From the NCBI GenBank assembly GCA_035362715.1, contig DAOSDU010000005.1:19338-83337 (forward strand): a DNA stretch of 64,000 nucleotides, read 5' to 3'. Below are positions 45,682-54,920 of this stretch, one piece after another. The stretch comes from Methanofastidiosum sp. Its GTDB lineage: Archaea > Methanobacteriota_B > Thermococci > Methanofastidiosales > Methanofastidiosaceae. A program made the position numbers and the translations under genes. Position 1 is the stretch's first letter; each line of letters starts with the position of its first letter. The notes below the pieces were generated by a model. It had not been told where the DNA came from. It ran no database searches and saw nothing but the letters and a program-made list of their open reading frames with translations.

Positions 45682-47338
45682 TGCCCATACCCCCTTTTCT
45701 AAATTTCAGAATAAATACTGCCCCATTAGGTAAATTGTTTTCAACTCTAATAGCTGCACCATATCGTTCAAGAGTTTTTTTTACAATATATAATCCTAGT
45801 CCAGTTCCTTTATTCCCACCATAGGCAAATCCTTCTTCAAATATTCTGTCCCTCACATTGTCAGGCACCCCAATACCATAATCAATAAATCTTATTTCAC
45901 AGTAAGACTTTCCAATGCTTATTTGAATATCAATTTTATTTGTACCGCCGTGTATAATGGCATTTCTAATTATATTATCGAATACAGAACTTAATGCATC
46001 ATCTGCTAAAACATAACAATTTCCTTTAATATTTATTTTAATTCCAGAATAGTTTTTAGAAATCTCTTTTAATATTGATTTAACATCATAACTTTTTAGT
46101 TCAAATCCACTTGAAACTAATAATTCAAGTTCTTTCATTCTATTAATCAATTTTGCGCTCTTGTCTATATATTCAAAGGCTTTGTTTATCCTATCTTTGT
46201 TTTCCGTGTCCACCATTTCGATATTAGCACTAATTACCATGAGATTATTCAGGATATCATGTCTCAAAATCTTATTCAGCAACCTTAGAGCATCGTTTAA
46301 TTCTTTAATTTTATCCTCTGCAAGTTTTTTTTCTGTGATGTCAATTCCAAATTCCAATACTAACATATTGCCGTCGCTATCATAAAATGGATAATTATGA
46401 ACTTCGTAGACTTGACCATCATTTTGTATTCTTTCAGAAGTTTCAGGGATTTTTGTAGTAAATATCCTTAAAACAGGGCAATTATTACAAGGGGCTAATG
46501 ATTGGTCTTTATATCCATGAAAGATTTCAAAACATTTTCTTCCTTCTACTTTGCCAAACCTCTCACTTAGATATTTGTTGGAAAAATTAATCGATAGGTC
46601 AGAAGTATACAAACATACGTACCCAGGCAATTCATTTAGTAGTGAATATAGCTTTTCTTTTTCTTTTTCTAACACATCTTTTATTTTTTTTCTTTCAGTT
46701 ATATCTCTAAGAACAGATACGGCCCCTACAATATGCTGTTCTTCTTTAATAAATTTAGTTGCAACTTCAAATTGCACTTTAGTTCCATTCTTATTCCTAA
46801 GGGTAATTTCAGTTTTATCTGAAACATTTCCACTTCTAATTGTTTTTATGAAGAGTTTAATCAATTTAGGTAATTCTTCAATACCTATAAGTTTTAACTC
46901 TCTAAAATTTTTTCCAACAATCTCGTCCCTTGTATATCCAAGGATATCTTTTACCTTTGTATTCGTATCAATTATATTTCCATTTCGGTCTACATAAGTA
47001 ATAATATCTGCCGATGCTTCAAAGATTGTCCTAAATTTCTCTTCACTTTTCCTTATTCTTTCTTCAATAATTTTTCTTTCAGTGACATCTCTTACTATCG
47101 CGAGTATATACCTCCCTTTGGACATATCAATGACATTTAGACTTACTTCAGTGTCAAAAAGTGTTCCATCAGGTCTCCTATGTCTCCACTCAAAAAATTG
47201 AGGATTACCTTTTAATGCAGCTTGTATTTTTTCTTTAGCTTTATCTTTTGATTTCATGCCATCAGGTTGTATAGAGGGGGATACTTGAACGGGACTCTTA
47301 CCAATCAAATCTTCTTTCCTACAGTGAAAAATATCCAA
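45674..47338 (-). CDS. PAS-rich histidine kinase with archaeal-type H-box ([10 protein letters not shown]) + HATPase; the reading frame continues upstream to about 47560
   Basis: PAS units are followed by [30 protein letters not shown] and GTGLGLYIV. The TTG start in the track sits inside a PAS domain. There is an 8-nt overlap with the start of the downstream gene. Confidence 0.8.
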   Translation of the reverse strand: MDIFHCRKEDLIGKSPVQVSPSIQPDGMKSKDKAKEKIQAALKGNPQFFEWRHRRPDGTLFDTEVSLNVIDMSKGRYILAIVRDVTERKIIEERIRKSEEKFRTIFEASADIITYVDRNGNIIDTNTKVKDILGYTRDEIVGKNFRELKLIGIEELPKLIKLFIKTIRSGNVSDKTEITLRNKNGTKVQFEVATKFIKEEQHIVGAVSVLRDITERKKIKDVLEKEKEKLYSLLNELPGYVCLYTSDLSINFSNKYLSERFGKVEGRKCFEIFHGYKDQSLAPCNNCPVLRIFTTKIPETSERIQNDGQVYEVHNYPFYDSDGNMLVLEFGIDITEKKLAEDKIKELNDALRLLNKILRHDILNNLMVISANIEMVDTENKDRINKAFEYIDKSAKLINRMKELELLVSSGFELKSYDVKSILKEISKNYSGIKINIKGNCYVLADDALSSVFDNIIRNAIIHGGTNKIDIQISIGKSYCEIRFIDYGIGVPDNVRDRIFEEGFAYGGNKGTGLGLYIVKKTLERYGAAIRVENNLPNGAVFILKFRKGGMGNG

Positions 47339-47544
47339 TGTTTTAGAATTACAATCAATAAAAATTCCATTTTCAAGGAGAAAGATAGAATCACTTGCAT
47401 TTTCAAATAAAGTCCTATACTTCTCTTCACTTTCTCTTATTTTATCTTCAATTTTTTTTCTTTTAGTTATATCCCTAATAAATCCATAAAATATTTTATT
47501 TCCTTTTTCATCTTTTTTAACTTTGGTATTAAATTCACAATTAA

Positions 47545-47844
47545 TTATTTCACCATTTTTTTCTTTAATTTAACAGGAAAATCTTTTATTTCACCCTTGT
47601 TCTCTAAAATATTAATTATTTCTGGCCTAACTTCAGGATTGGCATAAAGATCAGTTATATTCATGCCAATTATTTCGTCTATCGAATATTCAAATAAATC
47701 TAAGGTAGACCTATTAACAAAAAATATTATGCCTTCTTTTGTATTGATGCATACTGCTTCATTAATATTCTCAAAAATAGAGAAATACTCTTCAAAATTA
47801 TTTTTTTCGTCAGGAATACTAAATTCGGTATTCATAAAAATCAT
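47545..47844 (-). CDS. PAS-domain N-terminal fragment of the 45674-47338 kinase, separated by a homopolymer frameshift
   Basis: EEYFSIFENINEAVCINTKEGIIFFVNRSTLDLFEYSIDEIIGMNITDLY is the first half of a PAS domain. The second half (NGEIINCEFNTKVKKDEKGNKIFYGFIRDITKRK) follows in another frame. Confidence 0.7.
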   Translation of the reverse strand: MIFMNTEFSIPDEKNNFEEYFSIFENINEAVCINTKEGIIFFVNRSTLDLFEYSIDEIIGMNITDLYANPEVRPEIINILENKGEIKDFPVKLKKKMVK

Positions 47845-47965
47845 TTAAAATGATATAATTATTTCTAGTTTAGTTTTTATTACAATTATTACTAGTTTTA
47901 AGCATATATTAAGTTATCCCAAAATATTGGGTAAATTGCATAAAGATATTAAAAAAATAGGATTA

Positions 47966-48454
47966 TTAATCTTTGAATTTCTCAAAAATAAGGGTACAGG
48001 GATTTTCTAGTATAAATTCAAAATCATATTTATATTTCAATGAATCCCCTTCGTTGTTGAAATCCATAGCCCCTAAGAGAGTTATGGCCCTTAGACATGC
48101 CAGCTCTTTTTTCTCAAAGTATAATCTTCCACAATGTTCTTTATATGGGCATCTAATTGCACTAAATACAAATTTATTATCGTCACCACACATATCAAAA
48201 TCGTCTTCGTTCATGAAATTAGATTTTACAAGTGCATCAATGAACATTTTTGCATTATTATAAGGGCTTAGCCCTTTCTGAAATTCTATACCTAAATCCT
48301 TCCAGGACTCTATAAATGGCCTAATGGCAATTGCGCCCCATTTTCTATAGAATAGTTTTGGTTTATCAAAAAATAAGTTTGCAGTATCTTCCACCCCATA
48401 AAGCCATGCGTTCATTATTACTCCAACATATTTCAATCTTTTTTCAGTTTCCAT
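47966..48454 (-). CDS. Uncharacterised 162-aa protein with four conserved Cys (possible V4R/4-vinyl-reductase-like small-molecule-binding domain), copy 1
   Basis: By ungapped hand alignment it is about 73% identical to 62121-62609. The conserved pattern is CPYKxHC...ACLRAITLLGAM...PC. The V4R assignment is tentative. Confidence 0.7.
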   Translation of the reverse strand: METEKRLKYVGVIMNAWLYGVEDTANLFFDKPKLFYRKWGAIAIRPFIESWKDLGIEFQKGLSPYNNAKMFIDALVKSNFMNEDDFDMCGDDNKFVFSAIRCPYKEHCGRLYFEKKELACLRAITLLGAMDFNNEGDSLKYKYDFEFILENPCTLIFEKFKD

Positions 48455-48571
48455 TTAAATCCCAAATAAGAACATAGACGTTTTATTGAAAATAAAATGT
48501 TATTTAAATGTTGGCATGCCACAATTAGTTTTCATAATAAATTTTAATAAGTAAATCATTTAATTATAATT

Positions 48572-49195
48572 ATGGAAAAAATTGATTTTAAAAAAACATT
48601 AAAAGATCTATACTTACCGTCACAAAATGATTTTACAATTGTTAATGTCCCAACAATGAACTTTCTAACAATTATAGGAAAAGGAAATCCCAATAAATCC
48701 GAAGAGTTTCAGGAAGCTGTCGAAGCTCTTTATACTGTTTCATATTCTATAAAAATGAGTCCAAAAAAAGGTACTGCCCCTAAAGGATATTTTGAATATG
48801 TAGTTCCTCCCCTTGAAGGGCTTTGGTGGATCAGTGGAGAAGAATTCAATTTAACGGAGAAAGATAGATTTGAATGGAAAATAATGATCATGCAACCTGA
48901 ATTTGTCAACAATGAAATTGTGAAATCGGCAATAGAGTCATCAAAAAGAAATAAAGACAATCCTTCAATTGATAAGATAAAATTTGAATCATATGATGAG
49001 GGCCTTTCTGTTCAGATAATGCATGTTGGTTCTTATGATGAAGAGAAAGAAACAATAAAAAAAATGAAAGAGTTTATCAAAGATAATAATCTTACCGAAA
49101 ATGGACTGCATCATGAAATATATTTGTCAGACCCTAGAAAAATATCTCCAAATTCACTCAAAACAGTTCTAAGACAGCCTATTAAAAAAATTTAG
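48572..49195 (+). CDS. GyrI-like small-molecule-binding domain protein
   Basis: 207 aa. Family-typical segments: FLTIIGKGNPN, PPLEGLWW, VQIMHVGSYDEE and HHEIYLSDPRK..P..LKTVLRQPI. Confidence 0.8.
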   Translation: MEKIDFKKTLKDLYLPSQNDFTIVNVPTMNFLTIIGKGNPNKSEEFQEAVEALYTVSYSIKMSPKKGTAPKGYFEYVVPPLEGLWWISGEEFNLTEKDRFEWKIMIMQPEFVNNEIVKSAIESSKRNKDNPSIDKIKFESYDEGLSVQIMHVGSYDEEKETIKKMKEFIKDNNLTENGLHHEIYLSDPRKISPNSLKTVLRQPIKKI

Positions 49196-49273
49196 TATAA
49201 CTTTTTGGTATAGATTTATTAACTACAAAAATAAAATATATAACATAATCGCTATTTAGGTAGGTGACAAAAA

Positions 49274-51742
49274 ATGGACTTTGAAAAATTGGGCTCATTC
49301 TATTTGGGTAAAGAATATGATATGAAGAATAACACACTGACAGATAAACTAGTTATGTACGATTCAAGGGACCTTACAACTCACGCGGTATGCATTGGTA
49401 TGACGGGAAGTGGGAAAACTGGTCTTTGCATAGATATCTTAGAAGAAGCAGCTATAGATAATATCCCGGCAATAATAATTGACCCAAAGGGAGATATAAC
49501 AAACTTATTACTGACTTTTCCAGAATTAAAAAAAGAAAATTTTTCTCAATGGGTAGACCCAGACGAGGCAAAAAGAAAAGGAATGAGTGTTGAGGATTAT
49601 GCAGCCCAGCAAGCAGAGATGTGGAAAAAGGGATTGGCAGACTGGGGGCAAGATGAGAATAGGATTAAAATGTTAAGAGAGAACGCTGAGTTCGTGATAT
49701 ACACACCAGGGAGTGAAGCTGGTGCCCCTGTTTCAATCTTGCATTCTTTTGATGCACCTTCAATTGACTGGGAAGAAGACTCAGAACTCATTAGAGAGCA
49801 GATACAGGGAATTGTCAGTGGAATACTAGGCTTAATTGGAGTTGAAGCCGATCCCATTAACTCTCGTGAACATATTCTACTATCAAATATATTTGAACAT
49901 TTCTGGAGCAAAAACCAAAATCTAGATATCGCAAAACTAATTCTTTCAATTCAAGATCCACCTTTTAGAACATTAGGGGTCTTTGAAATTGATACTTTTT
50001 TCGCAAAAAAGGATAGGATGTCTCTATCAATGCGACTCAATAGCCTTATTGCATCTCCAAGTTTTAAAAATTGGCTTGAAGGCCATCCACTTGATATTTC
50101 AGGGTTTATAACAAATAAAGATGGCAAAACAAGACACTCAATTTTTTATATTGCGCACCTAAGTGATTCGGAAAGAATGTTCTTTGTTACTCTTTTATTT
50201 AATCAAATCATATCATGGATGAGAAAACAAAGTGGAACTAATAGCCTTAGAACGTTGGTATACATGGATGAAATATTCGGGTATTTCCCTCCGGTTTCTA
50301 ATCCTCCGAGTAAAAAACCACTTCTTACTTTATTAAAACAGGCTAGGGCATTTGGAGTTGGAATTATGTTAGCCACCCAAAATCCCGTGGATTTAGATTA
50401 CAAAGGATTGAGTAATGCAGGCACATGGTTTATAGGTAGACTTCAAACAGAAAGAGATAAACTAAGATTACTCGAAGGTTTAGATACTATTAGTTCTAGC
50501 TCTAACGAATCTGTAAATAGAGAACAGATGGATAAGTTAATTTCAAATCTCGGAAAAAGAGTATTTATTTTCCATAGTGTTCACGCAAAAAATCCAGTTA
50601 TTTTCCAGACAAGATGGGCGATGAGTTACTTGAGGGGACCAATGACTAAGAGTGAGGTAAAATTAATAATGAAGGATAAAGTTCAAGAAATTAAAGTTTC
50701 TTCAACTATTAAAACACCACCTTCTCAAATCTCCTCAAACAAGGGCACTGGTGCGCCCCCTACTATTTCAAGCGAAATTCAACAAATATTTGTTCCTTTA
50801 ATCAAAAGCTCAGCTCTTGCCATTCAAGAGATAAAGAACAGAAATCAAAAAGAGCTATCTTTTGGAGAACCATCTCTTATCTATAATCCAGGAGTAATTG
50901 GAAAAGCAGTAATTCATTTCCAAGATAAAAATATTGAATTAAAAGAAGACCAAGAAAGAAATTTAATGCTGTACTCATCTGAATTTATGAACTGGGAAAA
51001 ATCTGAAGAAATAAAAATATCGAATTTTTTAAGTGATCCGGAAGGAAACGCAAAATTCTCAGAGATTCCAAGCAATTTAAATGATCCCAAAGACTTTAAT
51101 GAGCTAAAGAAAAGTTTTACAGATTTTCTATTTTACAACAGTAATTTCAAACTTTACCACAGCCCCCTCCTAAAATTGTATTCAAAACCTAATGAATCTA
51201 AAGGAGATTTTATTCTAAAAATAAATCAGATGGCAAGAGAGACAAGAGATGACGAAGTTGACAAAATTGAACAAAAATATGCCAAAGAATTTGAAAAACT
51301 CAAAGTAAAACAGAGCAAGGCCCAAGATATTCTTATGAAAAAACAAGCTTCTGCTAGCTCATTGAAACAAGAGGCTTTATTGTCTGCGGGAGAATCTGTT
51401 GTTGGTATGTTTATGGGAAGGCGATCTACTCGTTCTGCTTCCAAAGCAATGACCAAATACCAAAAGAGCAAAACAGTTTCTGCTGATATAGATAAAGCCC
51501 AGAAGGACATAGTATCTCTTGGTAAAGAAATGGAATCGTTGGAAAATGAACTAAAAGCCCAAATAGAAATCATAAAACAAAGAAGAGAAAAAGAAATAAG
51601 TGAAGTCAAAGAAGTCATAATTCAGCCTAAAAAATCGGACATAGAAATCAAAATGATTTCATTGGCCTGGATCCCAAAATGGGAAATATCGTATAATGAA
51701 AATGGAAACAAAAAAACGGAAATGATACCGGCATATTTTTGA
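49274..51742 (+). CDS. HerA/FtsK-superfamily (DUF87-like) P-loop ATPase with long Lys-rich coiled-coil C-terminal half
   Basis: Walker A is GMTGSGKTG and Walker B is LVYMDEIFGYF. LATQNPVDLDYKGLSNAGTWFIGRLQTERDK is also present. The C-terminal 340 aa or so are predicted helical and charged. Confidence 0.7.
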   Translation: MDFEKLGSFYLGKEYDMKNNTLTDKLVMYDSRDLTTHAVCIGMTGSGKTGLCIDILEEAAIDNIPAIIIDPKGDITNLLLTFPELKKENFSQWVDPDEAKRKGMSVEDYAAQQAEMWKKGLADWGQDENRIKMLRENAEFVIYTPGSEAGAPVSILHSFDAPSIDWEEDSELIREQIQGIVSGILGLIGVEADPINSREHILLSNIFEHFWSKNQNLDIAKLILSIQDPPFRTLGVFEIDTFFAKKDRMSLSMRLNSLIASPSFKNWLEGHPLDISGFITNKDGKTRHSIFYIAHLSDSERMFFVTLLFNQIISWMRKQSGTNSLRTLVYMDEIFGYFPPVSNPPSKKPLLTLLKQARAFGVGIMLATQNPVDLDYKGLSNAGTWFIGRLQTERDKLRLLEGLDTISSSSNESVNREQMDKLISNLGKRVFIFHSVHAKNPVIFQTRWAMSYLRGPMTKSEVKLIMKDKVQEIKVSSTIKTPPSQISSNKGTGAPPTISSEIQQIFVPLIKSSALAIQEIKNRNQKELSFGEPSLIYNPGVIGKAVIHFQDKNIELKEDQERNLMLYSSEFMNWEKSEEIKISNFLSDPEGNAKFSEIPSNLNDPKDFNELKKSFTDFLFYNSNFKLYHSPLLKLYSKPNESKGDFILKINQMARETRDDEVDKIEQKYAKEFEKLKVKQSKAQDILMKKQASASSLKQEALLSAGESVVGMFMGRRSTRSASKAMTKYQKSKTVSADIDKAQKDIVSLGKEMESLENELKAQIEIIKQRREKEISEVKEVIIQPKKSDIEIKMISLAWIPKWEISYNENGNKKTEMIPAYF

Positions 51743-51801
51743 ATTTAATTTTTATTAGTTAACTTTTTAAATATGAAAAAGAAAACAGAAATGGTGTAAT
51801 T

Positions 51802-51981
51802 ATGACAAAATTTGAAGTGTATAAAGATAAAGCAGGGGAGTACAGATTTAGATTAAAAGCGGGGAACGGGCAAGTTATAGCTGTTAGCGAAGGATATAAA
51901 TCAAAAACATCTTGCATGAACGGAATTGAAAGTATAAAGAAGAATGCACCTACTGCCGCAATTGTTGAAATAGAAAAATAG
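51802..51981 (+). CDS. YegP/DUF1508-family small protein (59 aa); below the ORF-track size cutoff
   Basis: Hand translation gives MTKFEVYKDKAGEYRFRLKAGNGQVIAVSEGYKSKTSCMNGIESIKKNAPTAAIVEIEK*. This is the classical YegP repeat sequence. Confidence 0.8.
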   Translation: MTKFEVYKDKAGEYRFRLKAGNGQVIAVSEGYKSKTSCMNGIESIKKNAPTAAIVEIEK

Positions 51982-52004
51982 TATTCATTTTATTTATATT
52001 TATT

Positions 52005-53429
52005 TTAATTTGTTTCAACGATTTCTTGTATTAACTTATTCAAGCTATCTCTGGCCCAAGGTTTTTCTAGTAAAAGTTTTACTGATGCCTTAGTTTCAGC
52101 TTCTTCTTTTAATGAATTATTCAGGAATGCTGTTATAAGAACTCTAGTAGTATCTGGATATTTATCTTTTATACAACTTAAAAAATTAATTCCGTTCATT
52201 CCTGGTAGTTTATAATCAGATATGACTAAATTAAAATCAAGTTCTTGAAATTGTTCTAATGCAGCCTCAGCATTTTTAGCGATAATAACTTTATTAATTA
52301 AATCTAGATTTTTTAATGCTAAAAATAAACTAACTAATGTTTCAGGATTATCATCTACAATCAAAATATTTTTTGAGTTCCCTTTTTCTTTATTTGTTTC
52401 GAGAGCTGAGTCCAAGTTAAATTCTTGAAATTCTTTTTCATTCAATTTATATTCGTCTATATTTACTTTTGATACAATATTTTTATCTAAGTTGGAATTT
52501 ATGGTAGTAGTCTTATCTAATTTTATATCAAATACTAATCCTGCACTCATATTATTTTTGAGATCTAAACTGAATTTTTCATTTAGCTTTTTTATATCTA
52601 AAGTTCCACTTTTATATTGAAGCAATTTGTTTATTGAACCTATATCAATTTTTGATTCTGGATTGTTTTGATTTATCATGGCGTCAAGATTTTTTTGAGA
52701 TATTTCTCCTGCGTTTAATTCAATTATAATATGGACATCACTATCAGTTTCAAATGTTTTAAAGTGAAGTTCACCTGAATTCATAACCTCAATAGTTTTT
52801 AATAATATACAGATAATAATATAGTTTAATTGATGAAAGTTGAAACTAACCAAAGGTAGCTTACTAAAATCTTCTCGAATTGTATATTTATTTTTTAACT
52901 GTTCTGCTAATAGGAGTATACTAGTATTAACTACTTCATTTACATCTATTAGATTTATATCATCTTCAAAGTAAACTAATTTTCTGAACGCTTTGACTAT
53001 TAATTCTATTCTTTTTGCACTTCTCATGTTTAAGTCTAATAGATTTTGGAGAAGATCGAATTTTGGATCTTCTGTGTTCTTTTTGTGGCATTGATCTTTT
53101 AGGGTATTAATTTCTTCCTTCAACAAAGCCGTTATGATATTTTGATTTTTTAGAGTGCCATTTTTGTTTAGAATAGAAAGTTTTTCTATGTGATTAACTA
53201 AATTAATATTAATGTTGTTTTCACTTGTTTCTTTTCTTAATTTAATCATTTCTTCTTGTAGTACTTCAGTACTAGCCATAGCTGAAGCCAAAGAATTATT
53301 AATTTCATGAATTATTCCTGGAACTAAATCTAAAATAATTAGAGATTCTCTAGATAAATCATCTTTAGAAATAGTCATATCGAGGTACTCTTTATCTAAG
53401 AATGATAACATAATTACTGGTCCATTCAT
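52005..53429 (-). CDS. Kinase-like protein: DHp/H-box (IIHEINNSLASA) + degenerate ATPase-like region + C-terminal REC
   Basis: An H-box-like motif lies near the N-terminus. I could not find G1 or G2 boxes. The C-terminal REC domain looks intact (ILIVDDNPE...ISDYKLPGMNG...ITAF...LEKPW). Confidence 0.65.
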   Translation of the reverse strand: MNGPVIMLSFLDKEYLDMTISKDDLSRESLIILDLVPGIIHEINNSLASAMASTEVLQEEMIKLRKETSENNININLVNHIEKLSILNKNGTLKNQNIITALLKEEINTLKDQCHKKNTEDPKFDLLQNLLDLNMRSAKRIELIVKAFRKLVYFEDDINLIDVNEVVNTSILLLAEQLKNKYTIREDFSKLPLVSFNFHQLNYIIICILLKTIEVMNSGELHFKTFETDSDVHIIIELNAGEISQKNLDAMINQNNPESKIDIGSINKLLQYKSGTLDIKKLNEKFSLDLKNNMSAGLVFDIKLDKTTTINSNLDKNIVSKVNIDEYKLNEKEFQEFNLDSALETNKEKGNSKNILIVDDNPETLVSLFLALKNLDLINKVIIAKNAEAALEQFQELDFNLVISDYKLPGMNGINFLSCIKDKYPDTTRVLITAFLNNSLKEEAETKASVKLLLEKPWARDSLNKLIQEIVETN

Positions 53430-53695
53430 TTTTTGACTTCATTTTGATATAAATAGCTAAAACAAAAAAATTGAAAAGTTGTAATACTTAAATAAGTATC
53501 AGTATTCATATATATAAACTTTTCGGTTTATTATTGACTTTTAATAGTTATAAATTATTTTATAGTATTGAAAAATATATTGAACAATTTTAGGTTATTT
53601 GAAGAATCTATATTTTAGTTATATTTACTAATATATGGCCGTAAAATAGCTATTAAACCACAAAATTTATAAAGGATATTTAGATTATACATCCT

Positions 53696-54004
53696 ATGGC
53701 TTCCAAGCAACATGATGATTTACAATTAATAAATGAAGTCAAGACACTCATCGATGATGTTATAGACAAGGTGCCACAAAAAAGAGATATGCAAATGTCA
53801 AACTTAGGCTCGCTAATTGTTTTCAGTTTGGGATGCATTATAGGATTTGAGATGTTTGTTTTCAATCTTTTCATGACGTCTATAGTAATGCTTAGCTTTA
53901 TGCTTCTGGGATTCTTTTTTATCCTTGGATTTCTAATGGGAATCTTTATTGAAAAAGTTGAGGCTTTAAATAAATCTTCTAATCCTTTGTATGCAAATTA
54001 TTAG
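53696..54004 (+). CDS. Hypothetical two-TM membrane protein
   Basis: 102-aa ORF with two clear hydrophobic helices. Preferred over the antisense ORF at 53680-53874. Confidence 0.4.
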   Translation: MASKQHDDLQLINEVKTLIDDVIDKVPQKRDMQMSNLGSLIVFSLGCIIGFEMFVFNLFMTSIVMLSFMLLGFFFILGFLMGIFIEKVEALNKSSNPLYANY

Positions 54005-54046
54005 CCCAATAGGAAACTTTTTATTAACATATATAATTCTATTTTT

Positions 54047-54829
54047 ATGATTATAATAAAAGCAGGCGGCTCAGCAATCACTAAAAAAAGTGAAGACTTT
54101 ACCCCAAATATGGAAGTAATTTCTACTCTTGCTCAAGAAATTAAAGAGGCTGGAAGAGTATCGATATTGATTCACGGAGCTGGCTCTTATGGGCACCCTA
54201 TTGCAAAGAAATATTCTTTGGGAAAAGGTTATTTTGATGATTATCAACTTAAAGGTTTTTCTGAAACACGAGCTAGTATAAGTGAACTTGACAGCATTGT
54301 ACTAAAATCTCTGATGCAAAATGGATTAACACCTGTAAAGATAGGTACTTTTTCTAACTTTATTACATCTAACGGCAGGATTGTTGAATTCCATAAAGAA
54401 CCTTTGCTAAGGGCGATAGAACTTGGGCTACTGCCTGTATTTACTGGAGATCTTGTCTTTGATAGAACTAGAGTATTCTCAATATTATCAGGAGATCAGA
54501 TAGTATCTTACCTATCAAAACTACTTAAGCCTTCAAGAGTTATATTCGGAACAGATGTAGATGGAATATATACGGGGGACCCGAAGAAAGAAAATGTTAA
54601 ATTAATTGATACCATAACAGAAGACAATATCAAAGAAGTTTTTAAATTTGCTAAAGATACTGGAGATGCTTCCGGCGGTATGGAAGGTAAATTTTCAGAG
54701 ATACTTCCAATATTTGACATGGGCATAGAAATAGATGTTATTAATTTAACTAAAAAAGGTAATTTGATAGAAGCGCTTAGAGGAAATGTAAACGGAACTG
54801 TAATTAAAAAGAAGAATCTTTCAAAATAA
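54047..54829 (+). CDS. ipk: Isopentenyl phosphate kinase (amino-acid-kinase fold; archaeal-type mevalonate pathway)
   Basis: IIKAGGSAITKK, IHGAGSYGH and SGD. The length of 260 aa is typical for IPK. Confidence 0.88.
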   Translation: MIIIKAGGSAITKKSEDFTPNMEVISTLAQEIKEAGRVSILIHGAGSYGHPIAKKYSLGKGYFDDYQLKGFSETRASISELDSIVLKSLMQNGLTPVKIGTFSNFITSNGRIVEFHKEPLLRAIELGLLPVFTGDLVFDRTRVFSILSGDQIVSYLSKLLKPSRVIFGTDVDGIYTGDPKKENVKLIDTITEDNIKEVFKFAKDTGDASGGMEGKFSEILPIFDMGIEIDVINLTKKGNLIEALRGNVNGTVIKKKNLSK

Positions 54830-54920
54830 AAGTTTTATTTTAAATAATATCTATTTCTTTATCTCAAAAATAAAATAATTCTCTCTAAGTTTATATATTA
54901 AAAGATAATAGCAGTTTTTT

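Noticed and set aside
49274-51742. The HerA-like ATPase as the core of an anti-phage defence system.
   Set aside because: No nuclease, SIR2, DUF4297 or other effector gene is adjacent, and the neighbourhood has no defence-island character. It is kept only as a moderate-interest orphan in the findings.
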